Shown: positions 30,447 through 42,894 of the stretch, in pieces
How positions within the stretch are numbered: position 1 is the stretch's first letter
How the letters are laid out: every line of letters begins with the position of its first letter
Assembly (NCBI GenBank): GCA_964637095.1
Contig: CAZWTW010000006.1
Location: 2,074 to 66,073 of the forward strand
Reading direction: 5' to 3'
Length of the DNA stretch: 64,000 nt
Source: an uncultured Gulosibacter sp.
GTDB lineage: Bacteria; Actinomycetota; Actinomycetes; Actinomycetales; Microbacteriaceae
The notes under the pieces: model-generated
Database searches by the model: none
Told to the model about the DNA's origin: nothing
The model's input: only the letters and a program-made list of their open reading frames with translations
Made by a program: the position numbers and the translations under genes

Positions 30447-31349
30447 TTACTTCTCCTTGCCCTGCTTGGGGAGCGTGATTCGACCCGTGACAGTTCCGAG
30501 GTCGATGTCCTGGTGGCTTCCCAGATACGCGTCGATAACGGCGGGGTTCTTCATGACCTCGTAGGGGTCGCCTTCTGCGACAACCTTTCCTTCGGCCATG
30601 ACGATGACCCAGTCAGCGATGTGACGAACCATGTGCATGTCGTGCTCAACGAAGAGGACGGTCATGCCCTCCTTCTTGAGGTTGAGGATGTGATCAAGCA
30701 GCGACTGCGTCAACGCGGGGTTGACACCAGCCATGGGCTCGTCGAGCATGACGAGTTCCGGCTTGGTCATCAGGGCACGCGCCATTTCGAGGAGCTTGCG
30801 CTGGCCGCCCGAGAGCGATGCCGCGTAGTCGTCCTTCTTCGCGTCGAGCTTGAAGCGCGTGAGGAGGTCAAGAGCCTGAGCCTCGATCTCGACATCCTTC
30901 TTCTTCCAGAGGAAGTGGAAGATGGACGCCCACAACTTCTCGCCGGTCTGCTGCGTCGACCCCAACTTCATGTTGTCCATGACGGTGAGAAGACCGAGTG
31001 CCTTGGTGAGCTGGAAGGTGCGGATGAGGCCCATGCGAGCGACCTTGAACGCGGGGACACCAGCGAGGGACTTGCCGTTGAACGACCAGGTGCCCTCGTT
31101 GGGGGTGTCGAAACCGGTGAGCAGGTTGAAGAACGTCGTCTTTCCTGCACCGTTCGGTCCGATGAGTGCGGTGATCGCGTTGCGCGGGATCTCGACGTGT
31201 GCGACGTCAACGGCGGTCAAACCACCGAACTGACGACGGACGCTGTCGGCGATAAGGATCGGGTCCTTCTTCGCGACTCCGGGCTTGATTTCACCGACGT
31301 GGAGTCCGGTCGTCTTGACCGGCGTCGAGGGCTTGTCGCTACTTGACAA
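30447..31349 (-). CDS. livG: Branched-chain amino acid ABC transporter ATPase (LivG-like)
   Basis: FGGLTAV, GPNGAGKTT, RTFQ, LSGGQRKLLE, DEPMAGVN, EHDM, VIDAYLG. Confidence 0.9.
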   Translation of the reverse strand: MSSSDKPSTPVKTTGLHVGEIKPGVAKKDPILIADSVRRQFGGLTAVDVAHVEIPRNAITALIGPNGAGKTTFFNLLTGFDTPNEGTWSFNGKSLAGVPAFKVARMGLIRTFQLTKALGLLTVMDNMKLGSTQQTGEKLWASIFHFLWKKKDVEIEAQALDLLTRFKLDAKKDDYAASLSGGQRKLLEMARALMTKPELVMLDEPMAGVNPALTQSLLDHILNLKKEGMTVLFVEHDMHMVRHIADWVIVMAEGKVVAEGDPYEVMKNPAVIDAYLGSHQDIDLGTVTGRITLPKQGKEK

Positions 31350-32355
31350 AGGTCAACTCCTTCTTGTTTCCGAAGATGCCCTGTGGGCGGAAGACGACGA
31401 GCAGCACGAGCACAACACCGATGAGGATGAAGCGAATCTGTGCGGCCTGGATCGACTCGAAGGGGAGCAGGCCCGCCTTCGACAGTGCCGGGAAGAGAAG
31501 GCCGAGGAAGGCCTGCAGAACCCAGAAGATGACCGATCCGACGAGCGGGCCGAAGACGGTGGCGGCGCCACCGAGCAACAACGCGGTCCAGAGGAAGAAG
31601 GTCAGCGAAGTGACGTAGACACCCGAGTTGACGTTCGTCGAGAACGCGAGCATCAAACCGCCGAGTGCGCCGAAGACACCACCGATGATGAGTGCCTGCA
31701 TCTTGTACGCGAAGACGTTCTTGCCGAGCGAGCGCACGGCTTCCTCGTCTTCACGGATGCCCTTGATGACTCGTCCCCACGGAGAGTTGACGAGACGCCA
31801 GACGACATAGACGCTGACCGCAAGGATGATTGCTCCGACGATACGGAGGTACCAGGTGCGCTCGTCGTCGAGGAACGGCGGGAAGCCGTATTCGCCGTCG
31901 GGGATCGGGTTCGAGTCGTTGAAGCCACCAGCGCCCGCGATGGGGTTGGTGATCGTTCCACCGGGACCGTTGAAGCCCGAGAGACCGTCGGCCGAACCCG
32001 TCACGTCGATGAACGCCGACGTGAGGAGCAGCAAGCGGATGATCTCGGCTGCGGCAATCGTCACGATGGCGAGGTAGTCACCGCGAAGACGCAGGGTCGG
32101 GATTCCGAGGATCAACGCGAAGATGATCGACGCACCGATTCCGACGAATGCCGCGAGGTACCACGGGAGTCCGAGGGTCAGGATGCCGATTGCGTAACCG
32201 TAGGCACCGAGGGCCATGAAGCCCGCCATACCCATGTTGAGCAGACCGGCGAATCCGAAGTGGATTGCGAGACCGAGACCAGCGAGGGCGTACGCCATCG
32301 TGGTCGGGTCGAGAATGAACGACGCTGACGAGGAGAGAATTCCAAGAACATCCAT
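31339..32355 (-). CDS. livM: Branched-chain amino acid ABC transporter permease (LivM-like)
   Basis: GLLNMG, LRLRGDYLAIVT, SPWGR...IREDEEA, RPQGIFG. Confidence 0.9.
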   Translation of the reverse strand: MDVLGILSSSASFILDPTTMAYALAGLGLAIHFGFAGLLNMGMAGFMALGAYGYAIGILTLGLPWYLAAFVGIGASIIFALILGIPTLRLRGDYLAIVTIAAAEIIRLLLLTSAFIDVTGSADGLSGFNGPGGTITNPIAGAGGFNDSNPIPDGEYGFPPFLDDERTWYLRIVGAIILAVSVYVVWRLVNSPWGRVIKGIREDEEAVRSLGKNVFAYKMQALIIGGVFGALGGLMLAFSTNVNSGVYVTSLTFFLWTALLLGGAATVFGPLVGSVIFWVLQAFLGLLFPALSKAGLLPFESIQAAQIRFILIGVVLVLLVVFRPQGIFGNKKELTFVK

Positions 32356-32358
32356 GGG

Positions 32359-33690
32359 TTATCCCACCCTTTCCTTGCGACCGAGAATTCCTTGCGGACG
32401 GAAGAGCAAGATACCGATGAGGACGACGAGCGCCCCGACGTACTTGAGGTCCGAAGGGATGAACAGGCTGGAACCTTCGACGAGGATTCCGACGACGAGC
32501 GAGCCGATCAGCGCGCCGTAGGCGGTACCCAGCCCACCGAGTGTGGTGGCCGCGAAGATGAGGAGCAGAATCTGCCCACCCATGTCCCAGCGGATTCCGG
32601 GGCGGAAGTACGCCCAGAGGATTCCGGAGAAACCTGCGAGGAGCGAACCGACGATCCAGACGATGCGGATGACGCCGTCGACGTCGATTCCGGAGGCGGA
32701 CGCGAGGCTCGGGTTGTCCGAGATTGCACGAGTTGCCTTGCCGACCTTCGTGTAGGTGAGCCACCACGCGAAGATGACGATGAGGAGGACGGAAACGCCC
32801 ATGCTCACCATGTCGACGATGCTGAGGGAAACCTCACCGAAGAGCTGAATCTTGTCGCCGTCGGAACCGGGAAGCTGTTCCGTTCCACCGCCAATGAAGA
32901 ATTGGTAGAGGTAGCGAATGGCTAGCGAGAGTCCGATGGAGACGATCATGAGTTGAACGAGGCCGGTGTTGCGCTTGCGCAGCGGTCGCCACAACCCGGC
33001 GTCGAGTGCCCACCCAAGTCCGGCGGACAACAGAATCGCAATTCCGATTGCCAGCGGCAATGCGGCGTCACCGAAGAGCGCGACGAGGCCGAAGGTCGTG
33101 ACGGCACCGAACGTGACCATCTCAGCGTGTGCGAAGTTCGAGATGCCGGTTGTTCCGTAAATAAGCGACAGGCCGACAGAAGCGAGTGCGAGCATGAGTC
33201 CGAAGTTCACACCGGAGATCAATCGCTGGACAACCTGGTCGACGAACGAGACGGTGTTGCGCTCGCCCTGACCGATGAAGAAGTTCATCGCGACTCGTCC
33301 ACCGGGACCGACGGAAGCGGTCTGAACGTTGCTCTCGACGAATTCGGTGTCGGGGTTGTCGACGACCGCGATGCCCTCGGGGAGGGTCGACTCGTCGAGC
33401 GTCACGGTGTAGTCCGCGTTCTTCTCGGGAACGCCGACGACGAACTTGCCGTCGTCACCCGAGGGGACCGTGGCCGTGAAGCCGCCGCCACCCATCACGG
33501 TGATCGTCACGCCTGCAACGGGCTCGCCCTTGTTCTGAACATTTCCACTCACCTTGAACGGCATCTCAGGGTTGACGATGTCGGCGTGAGCCGGCGTCGC
33601 AAGCCCGAGAACACCGAAGGCGAGTACGACGGCACCCACTGCGGCGAACAGGCGCCCCATGGTTCGTCGAGTTGTGGCTACGAAATCCAC
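32359..33690 (-). CDS. livH: Branched-chain amino acid ABC transporter permease (LivH-like) with N-terminal extracytoplasmic domain
   Basis: GLSLIYG...NFAHAE, GKATRAISDN, GGLGT, RPQGILG; GTG start at 33690 after AGGAGG. Confidence 0.88.
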   Translation of the reverse strand: MDFVATTRRTMGRLFAAVGAVVLAFGVLGLATPAHADIVNPEMPFKVSGNVQNKGEPVAGVTITVMGGGGFTATVPSGDDGKFVVGVPEKNADYTVTLDESTLPEGIAVVDNPDTEFVESNVQTASVGPGGRVAMNFFIGQGERNTVSFVDQVVQRLISGVNFGLMLALASVGLSLIYGTTGISNFAHAEMVTFGAVTTFGLVALFGDAALPLAIGIAILLSAGLGWALDAGLWRPLRKRNTGLVQLMIVSIGLSLAIRYLYQFFIGGGTEQLPGSDGDKIQLFGEVSLSIVDMVSMGVSVLLIVIFAWWLTYTKVGKATRAISDNPSLASASGIDVDGVIRIVWIVGSLLAGFSGILWAYFRPGIRWDMGGQILLLIFAATTLGGLGTAYGALIGSLVVGILVEGSSLFIPSDLKYVGALVVLIGILLFRPQGILGRKERVG

Positions 33691-33926
33691 AAGACCTCCT
33701 GCGTTGAGCCGTGCACGCGTCTGTGCGCACACGTGAAGTTGTCGTCGGTGACGATACTGACTGATTATTGCGGAGTTAGTTGCGAGATACAAACGTCGGT
33801 CGTAACGATTCCGTTGTTGAATCGTGTCGAGTCCACCGGTGTGATGCGGTATGAGCGAAAAACGGGGGAAATCGAAACGATACGATTGTGACAAGTGACA
33901 CGACGCCGCCTCGACGGCCCGGGTGA

Positions 33927-35441
<1,515 letters not shown>

Positions 35442-35450
35442 GACGTCACC

Positions 35451-36566
35451 GTGACGGAAATCGAAATCGGTCGCGCCAAGCGCGCGCGCCGCGCCTATTC
35501 ATTCGACGACGTTGCCGTCGTACCGAGCCGCCGCACGCGCGACACGGACGCGGTCAGCCTCAACTGGACGATTGACGCCAGCAAGTTTGAGATTCCCGTT
35601 CTCGCCGCACCGATGGACTCTGTCGTATCGCCCAAGACGGCGATCACAATTGGCAAGTTGGGTGGCGTCGGCGTCCTCAACCTCGAAGGCCTGTGGACGC
35701 GATACGAAAAGCCGGAAACGATTCTCGAGTCGATCCGCGAGCTACCGCTCGACACCGCGACGCAAGAGATGCAGAAAATTTATGCCGAGCCGATCAAGCC
35801 GCACCTCATTGAACAGCGTCTCGCCGAGATTCGCGAGGCTGGGGTGCCGGTCGCCGGCGCATTGAGCCCGCAACGTACCGCAGAACTTCACGACATCGTC
35901 GTCAAGTCCGGCGTTGACCTCTTCGTCATTCGTGGCAACACCGTCAGCGCCGAGCACGTGTCGCCGACAGGCGAACCGCTCAACCTCAAGGAGTTCATTT
36001 ACGAACTCGATGTCCCCGTGATCGTCGGAGGAGCAGCAACCTATACGGCCGCGCTGCACCTCATGCGCACCGGTGCCGCGGGAGTCCTCGTTGGCTTCGG
36101 TGGCGGTGCCGCGTCAACAACACGCACGGCGCTCGGCGTCGAGGTTCCCATGGCGACCGCAGTGGCCGATGTTGCCGGCGCTCGCCGTGATTACCTCGAC
36201 GAGTCGGGCGGTCGTTACGTCCACGTCATTGCCGACGGCGGGCTGGGAACTTCCGGTGACATCGTCAAGGCAGTCGCTGTCGGTGCCGACGCCGTGATGT
36301 TGGGCACTGCTCTTGCCCGCGGAACGGACACACCGGGAAGCGGATGGCACTGGGGCCAAGAGGCGTACCACTCCGAACTTCCGCGCGGGAACCGCGTTTG
36401 GGTTGGCCAGATCGGTTCGCTCGAAGAAGTTCTGTTCGGACCATCCCGCCACGCGAACGGCCAGTCGAACCTCATGGGTGCACTTCGCAAAGCGATGGCG
36501 ACCACCGGGTACTCCGACCTCAAAGAATTCCAGCGCGTCGAGGTCGTCGTCGACCCGACGGCATAG
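35451..36566 (+). CDS. GuaB3-family IMP dehydrogenase-related protein
   Basis: EIGRAKRARRAYSFDD, GVLNLEGL, ALHLMRTGAAGVLVG, VIADGG; no catalytic Cys in GGGAASTTR. Confidence 0.92.
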   Translation: MTEIEIGRAKRARRAYSFDDVAVVPSRRTRDTDAVSLNWTIDASKFEIPVLAAPMDSVVSPKTAITIGKLGGVGVLNLEGLWTRYEKPETILESIRELPLDTATQEMQKIYAEPIKPHLIEQRLAEIREAGVPVAGALSPQRTAELHDIVVKSGVDLFVIRGNTVSAEHVSPTGEPLNLKEFIYELDVPVIVGGAATYTAALHLMRTGAAGVLVGFGGGAASTTRTALGVEVPMATAVADVAGARRDYLDESGGRYVHVIADGGLGTSGDIVKAVAVGADAVMLGTALARGTDTPGSGWHWGQEAYHSELPRGNRVWVGQIGSLEEVLFGPSRHANGQSNLMGALRKAMATTGYSDLKEFQRVEVVVDPTA

Positions 36567-36604
36567 TCCGCCATGACGGTGACCATCTCTCTCGAGGCGA
36601 CTCG

Positions 36605-37339
36605 GTGAACGCCGCTTGGTGGCGGATGGCCAGGCAGCCACGGTGGATTGCCGGACTGCTCGCGATTCTTGTGTTGGCTGGCGGGTTCGCGTTTCTCGCC
36701 CAATGGCAAATCAGTCGTGCGGTCGCCGAAGCATCGGTCGAAAAGGTAGATTCCGAAACTCCCGTTGAGTTGACGACGGTCTTGCAACCGATGACTCCGC
36801 AAACGCTCGACGATGGCGGCCGCCGCGTCACCGTTACCGGAACGTGGGATCAGCAGTCGACGGTGATTTTCGACAAGAGTCAAGACGAGGTCGCCGGCGA
36901 GTGGCTCGTGCGCAATCTTCGCGTCAACGGTTCGTGCCTGCCTGTTGCGGTGGGCTTCGGAACCGACATCGACCCGACGCAATTCATCTTTATTGATGAC
37001 AGCCCGTCGAGCATCACCGGCCGTCTCGTGCCCAGTGACGACATCTTGGCGGGCGACATCCAAACCGAGCACCGCACGATCGTTGCCGCAGCCGATCTGA
37101 TTAACGAGTGGGAGTGCGCGTCGATGTTTGACGGCTACATCGTCCTTGACTCGGCCGTTCAGTCGCTCGAAACGATTCACGCGCCACCGCCCGTCTCGCA
37201 GGCCGTGCTCAACTGGCTCAACATTTTCTACGCCATCGAGTGGATCGCCTTCGCCCTGTTCGCGTTGTACTTCTGGTATCGCCTGGTGAAGGATGCGGTC
37301 GAGCGTGAAGAGGAAATCGACGCAGAGGCTCGACCGTAG
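36605..37339 (+). CDS. SURF1-like membrane protein
   Basis: N-terminal TM ending LAQWQ, VTVTGTW, C-terminal N.FYAIEW..FA TM; start estimated at GTG 36605. Confidence 0.8.
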   Translation: MNAAWWRMARQPRWIAGLLAILVLAGGFAFLAQWQISRAVAEASVEKVDSETPVELTTVLQPMTPQTLDDGGRRVTVTGTWDQQSTVIFDKSQDEVAGEWLVRNLRVNGSCLPVAVGFGTDIDPTQFIFIDDSPSSITGRLVPSDDILAGDIQTEHRTIVAAADLINEWECASMFDGYIVLDSAVQSLETIHAPPPVSQAVLNWLNIFYAIEWIAFALFALYFWYRLVKDAVEREEEIDAEARP

Positions 37340-37348
37340 GATTGACTC

Positions 37349-37738
37349 ATGGCGATTGACAGAACACGCGCGCTGAAGGCAGAGAAGAACTTCCGTTTCG
37401 CCGCGTACGTCACCGGCGGGATGCTCTTGCTTCTCACACTCGAGATGATTTTCAAGTACGCGGGCGGTGTCGAAATCGAAGCGTTCGGCGCCGGCGGCGT
37501 GCTCGCTTTGGTCCCGGTCGACACGGTGGCAGCCACCGCAATCAACCTGTCGACGTGGATCCTCATCGTCCACGGGTGGCTGTACGTCGTGTACCTGTTC
37601 GCTTGCTTCCAGTTGTGGTCGGCAATGCGCTGGTCAGCACTGTGGTTCCCGCTCCTCGCTGCGGGTGGCGTTGTCCCCTTCTTGTCCTTCTATACGGAAA
37701 GCCGCGTTCGCCGAATTGTTGAGGAAGCCACTCAGTGA
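37349..37738 (+). CDS. DUF3817-like membrane protein
   Basis: [32 protein letters not shown]. Confidence 0.8.
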   Translation: MAIDRTRALKAEKNFRFAAYVTGGMLLLLTLEMIFKYAGGVEIEAFGAGGVLALVPVDTVAATAINLSTWILIVHGWLYVVYLFACFQLWSAMRWSALWFPLLAAGGVVPFLSFYTESRVRRIVEEATQ

Positions 37739-39300
37739 CCACCACTCACCGTCCCGTCCTTGTCGTTGACTTCGGAGCGCAGTACGCGCAACTGATTGCC
37801 CGACGAGTTCGTGAAGCCCGCGTCTATTCCGAAATCGTTCCCCACACCGTCACGGCGGCCGAGGTCGCAGCGAAGAACCCTCTCGCAATCATCCTGTCCG
37901 GCGGTCCTTCCAGCGTTTACGAGCCCGGCTCTCCGTCGCTCGACCCCGGCATCGTCGCACTCGGCGTTCCCGTCTTCGGAATTTGTTACGGCTTCCAGGT
38001 CATGGCCCAGCAGTTGGGCGGCGAGGTGTCGAACACTGGTTTGCGTGAATACGGCGCGACGGAAGTGTCCGTCAATAACGGAGTCCTCTTTGATGGTCAG
38101 CCCGCCGACCAGACGTGCTGGATGAGCCACGGCGACCGCGTCGAAACCGCTCCTCCTGGATTCGATGTCACCGCGTCGACCTCGGTCACGCCCGTCGCCG
38201 CGTTCGAAAATCGCGAGTCGAAGATGTTCGGTGTGCAGTGGCACCCCGAGGTACTTCACTCGGAGTACGGCCAGCGCGTTCTCGAAAACTTCCTGTGGAA
38301 CGGCGCCGGGATTGCCCCCGACTGGACCAGCGGCAACGTCATCGACGAGCAGGTCGCGGCCGTTCGCGAACAGGTCGGAGACGACCTCGTCATCTGTGGC
38401 TTGTCCGGTGGAGTCGACTCGGCGGTGGCCGCCGCCCTCGTCCACAAGGCGGTTGGCGATCAACTTATTTGTGTGTTCGTTGACCACGGCTTGCTGCGCT
38501 CGGGCGAGCGCGAACAAGTCGAGCGCGATTTCGTCGCGGCGACCGGCGTCCGACTCGTCACCATCGATGCGGTCGACACGTTCCTCGGCGAGCTCAAGGG
38601 GGTCACGGACCCCGAAGAGAAGCGCAAGATCATCGGCCGCGAATTCATCCGAGCGTTTGAGTCGGCCGAAAAGGACCTCGTCGCAGAGGCCGCGAACGCC
38701 GGCAAAAAGGTGAAGTTCCTCGTCCAGGGCACGTTGTATCCGGACGTCGTCGAAAGCGGTGGCGGTGCTGGCACCGCGACAATCAAGTCGCACCACAACG
38801 TCGGCGGACTTCCCGACGACCTTCAGTTCTCGCTCGTCGAACCACTTCGTACGTTGTTCAAGGATGAAGTTCGCGCTATTGGCCGTGAACTTGGTCTGCC
38901 CGAGGCGATTGTCGGACGTCAGCCGTTCCCCGGACCCGGCCTGGGTATCCGCATCGTCGGCGAGGTGACGAAGGAACGACTCGACCTCCTCCGTGAAGCA
39001 GACGCAATTGTTCGCGCAGAACTTTCGGCCGCTGGTCTCGACCAGTCGATCTGGCAGTGCCCTGTCGTTCTTCTCGCCGATGTTCGTTCGGTTGGAGTTC
39101 AAGGCGACGGCCGCACCTACGGGCACCCAATTGTGCTTCGACCCGTTTCGTCAGAAGACGCGATGACGGCTGACTGGACCCGGGTGCCGTATGACGTCCT
39201 CGCCAAAATCTCGAACCGAATCACGAACGAAGTGAAGGATGTCAACCGCGTTGTGCTCGACGTCACGTCGAAGCCACCGGGCACTATCGAGTGGGAATAA
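37735..39300 (+). CDS. guaA: GMP synthase (glutamine-hydrolysing)
   Basis: [48 protein letters not shown]. Confidence 0.99.
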   Translation: MTTTHRPVLVVDFGAQYAQLIARRVREARVYSEIVPHTVTAAEVAAKNPLAIILSGGPSSVYEPGSPSLDPGIVALGVPVFGICYGFQVMAQQLGGEVSNTGLREYGATEVSVNNGVLFDGQPADQTCWMSHGDRVETAPPGFDVTASTSVTPVAAFENRESKMFGVQWHPEVLHSEYGQRVLENFLWNGAGIAPDWTSGNVIDEQVAAVREQVGDDLVICGLSGGVDSAVAAALVHKAVGDQLICVFVDHGLLRSGEREQVERDFVAATGVRLVTIDAVDTFLGELKGVTDPEEKRKIIGREFIRAFESAEKDLVAEAANAGKKVKFLVQGTLYPDVVESGGGAGTATIKSHHNVGGLPDDLQFSLVEPLRTLFKDEVRAIGRELGLPEAIVGRQPFPGPGLGIRIVGEVTKERLDLLREADAIVRAELSAAGLDQSIWQCPVVLLADVRSVGVQGDGRTYGHPIVLRPVSSEDAMTADWTRVPYDVLAKISNRITNEVKDVNRVVLDVTSKPPGTIEWE

Positions 39301-39304
39301 CAGA

Positions 39305-39330
39305 AAAGGCGCGGATTTCTCCGCGCCTTT
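39305..39330. terminator. Bidirectional terminator-like hairpin between convergent guaA and yccA-like gene
   Basis: AAAGGCGCGGA-TTTC-TCCGCGCCTTT. Confidence 0.8.
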
Positions 39331-39343
39331 CGTGTGTGTCCGC

Positions 39344-40192
39344 TTAGTCGTTGCCTCGTGCGATGGCAAGCATGCGGAGGATTTCCAGGTAGAGCCACAC
39401 GACGGTGACGAGGACACCGAAGGCGCCTTGCCATGCGTAGACGGCTGGGACACCGCGGTCGGCACCGAGCTTGATGGATTCGAAGTCAAGCACCAGCGAG
39501 TAGGCGGCGAGGAAGACGACGACAACACCGAGGACGACTCCCAACGGAATTCCCATGATGTTCATCGACGACAGTCCGAAGGCTGCGCCTCCTGTGACAC
39601 CCGTCATCATGAGGACCATGTTGACGACCTGGTAGACGAGGTACCCGATCATCGCGACGGTGACGATTTTCGTCATGCGCGGGGATGAGCGGAACTTGCC
39701 GGAGAGGAAGAGGAACAACGTCACGCCGATTACACCGAGAGTTCCGATGACGGCCTGGGTGACGATGCCGTCCCACTGCGAGTTGAAGATCATCGAGATC
39801 GACCCGACGAAGAGACCCTGAAGGACCGCGTAGCCGACGATGAGCGCGGGCGAGGGCGACTTCTTGAACGTGTTGACGAGTCCGAGGACGAGTCCACCGA
39901 TGAGTCCGCCCCACAGGATGAGCGGCGAGGCGAAGTTCCAACCGACGACGGCCGACGCGACGAGAATCGCGAACACGAGGATGGTCTTGACGACGGTGTC
40001 CTCGACGGTCATGCGACCCGTTTGAGCACCGCTCGCAGCGGGGAGGCTATACGAATCCTCAAGCTGGGTGGTGTCGACGGTCTTGTCGGTGGTGGCGGTT
40101 CCGCCCCGGCTGTACATGCGCTCGAGCTCTGCTCGGGACACTTGACCGGGTCGGAAGGCGGCGTTTTTCGAGAAGGCGGGGTTTGAGTTCAT
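39344..40192 (-). CDS. Bax inhibitor-1/YccA-family membrane protein
   Basis: NPAF, MTVEDTVVKT, GIVTQAV.GT, L.LDF, LVTVVWLYLEILR; about 7 hydrophobic segments. Confidence 0.88.
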   Translation of the reverse strand: MNSNPAFSKNAAFRPGQVSRAELERMYSRGGTATTDKTVDTTQLEDSYSLPAASGAQTGRMTVEDTVVKTILVFAILVASAVVGWNFASPLILWGGLIGGLVLGLVNTFKKSPSPALIVGYAVLQGLFVGSISMIFNSQWDGIVTQAVIGTLGVIGVTLFLFLSGKFRSSPRMTKIVTVAMIGYLVYQVVNMVLMMTGVTGGAAFGLSSMNIMGIPLGVVLGVVVVFLAAYSLVLDFESIKLGADRGVPAVYAWQGAFGVLVTVVWLYLEILRMLAIARGND

Positions 40193-40232
40193 GTCTGCAG
40201 TGTAGGAATGAAACCTTAACGCAGGCTATGAA

Positions 40233-40469
40233 TCACAAAGACAGCCACCAGAGGAATGCCGAGACCGCGATGGCGACCCACGCGACGATAGCGACGGATC
40301 CGAGGACGATTGCGGCGATGGCGAGCCCGTTTCCGCGCTCGTTGGAACGTTTGATCTGTTCGCGGGCAAACCACCCAACGGGCAGTGCAATCGGTGAAAC
40401 GAGAACACCAAGGATCAGCGCCAGCACCGCGGTGATGTTGAGGCGGGGTTTCGCGGGGGACTCGGTCAC
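40233..40469 (-). CDS. Small two-TM protein (DUF4190-like)
   Basis: N..AVLALILG, G..A..QIKRSNERG.GLAIA. Confidence 0.75.
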   Translation of the reverse strand: MTESPAKPRLNITAVLALILGVLVSPIALPVGWFAREQIKRSNERGNGLAIAAIVLGSVAIVAWVAIAVSAFLWWLSL

Positions 40470-40529
40470 GCCGTCACTCTATCCGCAGGCGCTGATGACG
40501 TCGGTGCCGACACCTAAACTTGGGAGGAC

Positions 40530-42833
40530 ATGACCGACACTCTTTTCCCCATCGACACCGCTTCCGAACCTCTTCTCGAGGGGCTCAACCCTGCACAGCG
40601 TGCTGCCGTCGCACACCGTGGCCCGGCGCTTCTCATCGTCGCGGGCGCTGGCTCGGGAAAGACCGCCGTCCTCACTCGACGCATCGCGCTCTTGTTGAAG
40701 AATCGCGAAGCATGGCCGAGTCAGATTCTCGCGATCACCTTTACCAACAAGGCCGCAGCCGAGATGCGGGAGAGAATCGAATCCTTCATCGGGGACGAAG
40801 CGCGGGGCATGTGGATTTCGACCTTCCACTCGGCGTGTGTTCGAATCCTGCGAAACGAAGCGCCGCGATTCGGGTTCCCGACGGCGTTCACCATTTACGA
40901 CTCGGCCGACCAGAAATCGTTGCTCAAGCGAATCCTCAAGGAATATGAGGCCGAATCGCTGGGGCTGACCGCCGGTGGCGTCTCGTCGAAGATGTCGAAA
41001 CTCAAGAACGAACTGATCGATGCCGACGCCTACGCGAGTCGCGTCAATCCCAACGACCCCAACGAGGTCATGTTCCTGGACATCTTCCGTCGATACACCG
41101 CTGAATTGCGCAAAGCGAACGCGTTCGATTTCGACGACCTCATCGCACAGACCGTGTACTTGTTCCGAGCGTTCCCCGAGATTCGGGCGTTGTACCAGCG
41201 TCGTTTCCGTCACATTCTTGTGGACGAGTACCAAGACACCAACAAGGCGCAGTACGAACTGATTCACGAACTGACCCGCCCGGTTCGACCCGAACACGTT
41301 CCCGCGGAAACCGCCCCCGCTCTGTTCAACGTCAACGGGGGGATTGACGCTGCGACACTGACCGTCGTCGGCGACTCAGACCAGTCGATTTACGCGTTCC
41401 GTGGCGCGGACATCCGCAACATCCTCGAATTCCGCGAGGACTTCCCCGGCACCGAGACGATTGTTCTCGAACAGAACTATCGCTCGACGCAAACGATTCT
41501 GGACGCGGCGAACGCCGTCATCGGAAACAACTTCGACACGTCGATGTCGAAGAAGTTGTTCAGCGAATTGGGAACGGGCGAATCCATTACGGGATACACC
41601 GGAGTCACCCAACACGACGAGGCTCAGTTCGTCGCCAACGAGATCAACACCCTGCACGACGGGGGAATGGCGTTCCGCGACATGGCGGTCTTTTATCGGA
41701 CCAACGCCCAGACGCGCGCCCTTGAAGAAGTCCTCATGCGCGAGGGTGTCCCGTACCGATTGATCGGCGGCACCAAGTTCTACGAACGCGCCGAAATCAA
41801 GGACGTCATGGCGTATCTGATTGCCGTCGCCAACGAAGACGACAATCTCGCACATCGCCGCGTTCTCAACACCCCCAAGCGCGGTATCGGGGACGTCACC
41901 GAATCGGCGATTCAGCGTTTCGCCGATGACAACGGGATCTCGTTCCGCGAAGCGATGCGGCAAGTCGACAACCTCGGGCTAGGTGCGAAAGTCACGGGAA
42001 CAATCCGCGAATTCGTGGCCGTGCTGGACAAAGTCAGCGCCATGGCGCCGACGTCCAAGGTCGTCGACGTTCTGCTCGCCTTGCTCGAGGCGACGGGATA
42101 CCTCATCATCCTCAAGGACTCGCGTGATCCGCAGGACAACGCCCGCGCAGAAAACGTCGAGGAACTCGTCGGTCAAACGCGTGCATTCCAGGTCACCAAC
42201 CCCGAGGGGACTTTGCTCGACTTCCTCACCGAAGTTGCGCTCGTCTCTGCCGCGGACGACATCGACGATGAGTCGGGCACGGTAAGCCTCATGACCTTGC
42301 ACACGGCAAAGGGACTCGAATTCGACGCCGTCTTCATCACCGGTGTTGAAGAGGAAATCCTGCCACACCGAATCTCGCTCGTCGAGGCCGGCGGGGTTCA
42401 AGAAGAACGCAGACTCTTCTACGTCGGCATCACGCGTGCCAAGAAGAAACTGCACGTCTCGCTGGCCACCAGCCGAGCCACCTATGGCGACATCGTCTCG
42501 TGCACGCCCAGCCGCTTCCTCAACGAAATCCCCGCAGGGCTGATCGACTGGAAGGAATCGCAGCGGCGCTCGCTGACTCCGTCGTTCACTACTTCTTCGT
42601 GGAATCCGCCGGTCAAGCCGAAGACCGAGTGGACGGGCGCGCTGACACGTGAGGTGCGTGACAACGCCGACCTCGAACTCGTTCCCGGTGACCAGATTCG
42701 ACACGACGACTTCGGCCAAGGCCGTGTTCTCGCGGTAACGGGCGAGGGCGCCAAGCGAATCGCCGAGGTCCAGTTTCAGTCGGCGGGCAAGAAGAAGCTA
42801 CTCATCAAAATCGCGCCGATTTCGAAACTCTGA
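40530..42833 (+). CDS. pcrA: ATP-dependent DNA helicase PcrA/UvrD
   Basis: AGAGSGKT, AITFTNKAA, VDEYQDTN, VGDSDQSIYAFRGA, LEQNYRS, TLHTAKGLEF, EERRLFYVGITRA, C-terminal Tudor-like H..FG.G. Confidence 0.97.
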   Translation: MTDTLFPIDTASEPLLEGLNPAQRAAVAHRGPALLIVAGAGSGKTAVLTRRIALLLKNREAWPSQILAITFTNKAAAEMRERIESFIGDEARGMWISTFHSACVRILRNEAPRFGFPTAFTIYDSADQKSLLKRILKEYEAESLGLTAGGVSSKMSKLKNELIDADAYASRVNPNDPNEVMFLDIFRRYTAELRKANAFDFDDLIAQTVYLFRAFPEIRALYQRRFRHILVDEYQDTNKAQYELIHELTRPVRPEHVPAETAPALFNVNGGIDAATLTVVGDSDQSIYAFRGADIRNILEFREDFPGTETIVLEQNYRSTQTILDAANAVIGNNFDTSMSKKLFSELGTGESITGYTGVTQHDEAQFVANEINTLHDGGMAFRDMAVFYRTNAQTRALEEVLMREGVPYRLIGGTKFYERAEIKDVMAYLIAVANEDDNLAHRRVLNTPKRGIGDVTESAIQRFADDNGISFREAMRQVDNLGLGAKVTGTIREFVAVLDKVSAMAPTSKVVDVLLALLEATGYLIILKDSRDPQDNARAENVEELVGQTRAFQVTNPEGTLLDFLTEVALVSAADDIDDESGTVSLMTLHTAKGLEFDAVFITGVEEEILPHRISLVEAGGVQEERRLFYVGITRAKKKLHVSLATSRATYGDIVSCTPSRFLNEIPAGLIDWKESQRRSLTPSFTTSSWNPPVKPKTEWTGALTREVRDNADLELVPGDQIRHDDFGQGRVLAVTGEGAKRIAEVQFQSAGKKKLLIKIAPISKL

Positions 42834-42894
42834 CCTTTCGCTGTGTCGGGCGTTGTGGTAATCTTGAAGCAATGTCTTTTTGGAAGGAAAAACA

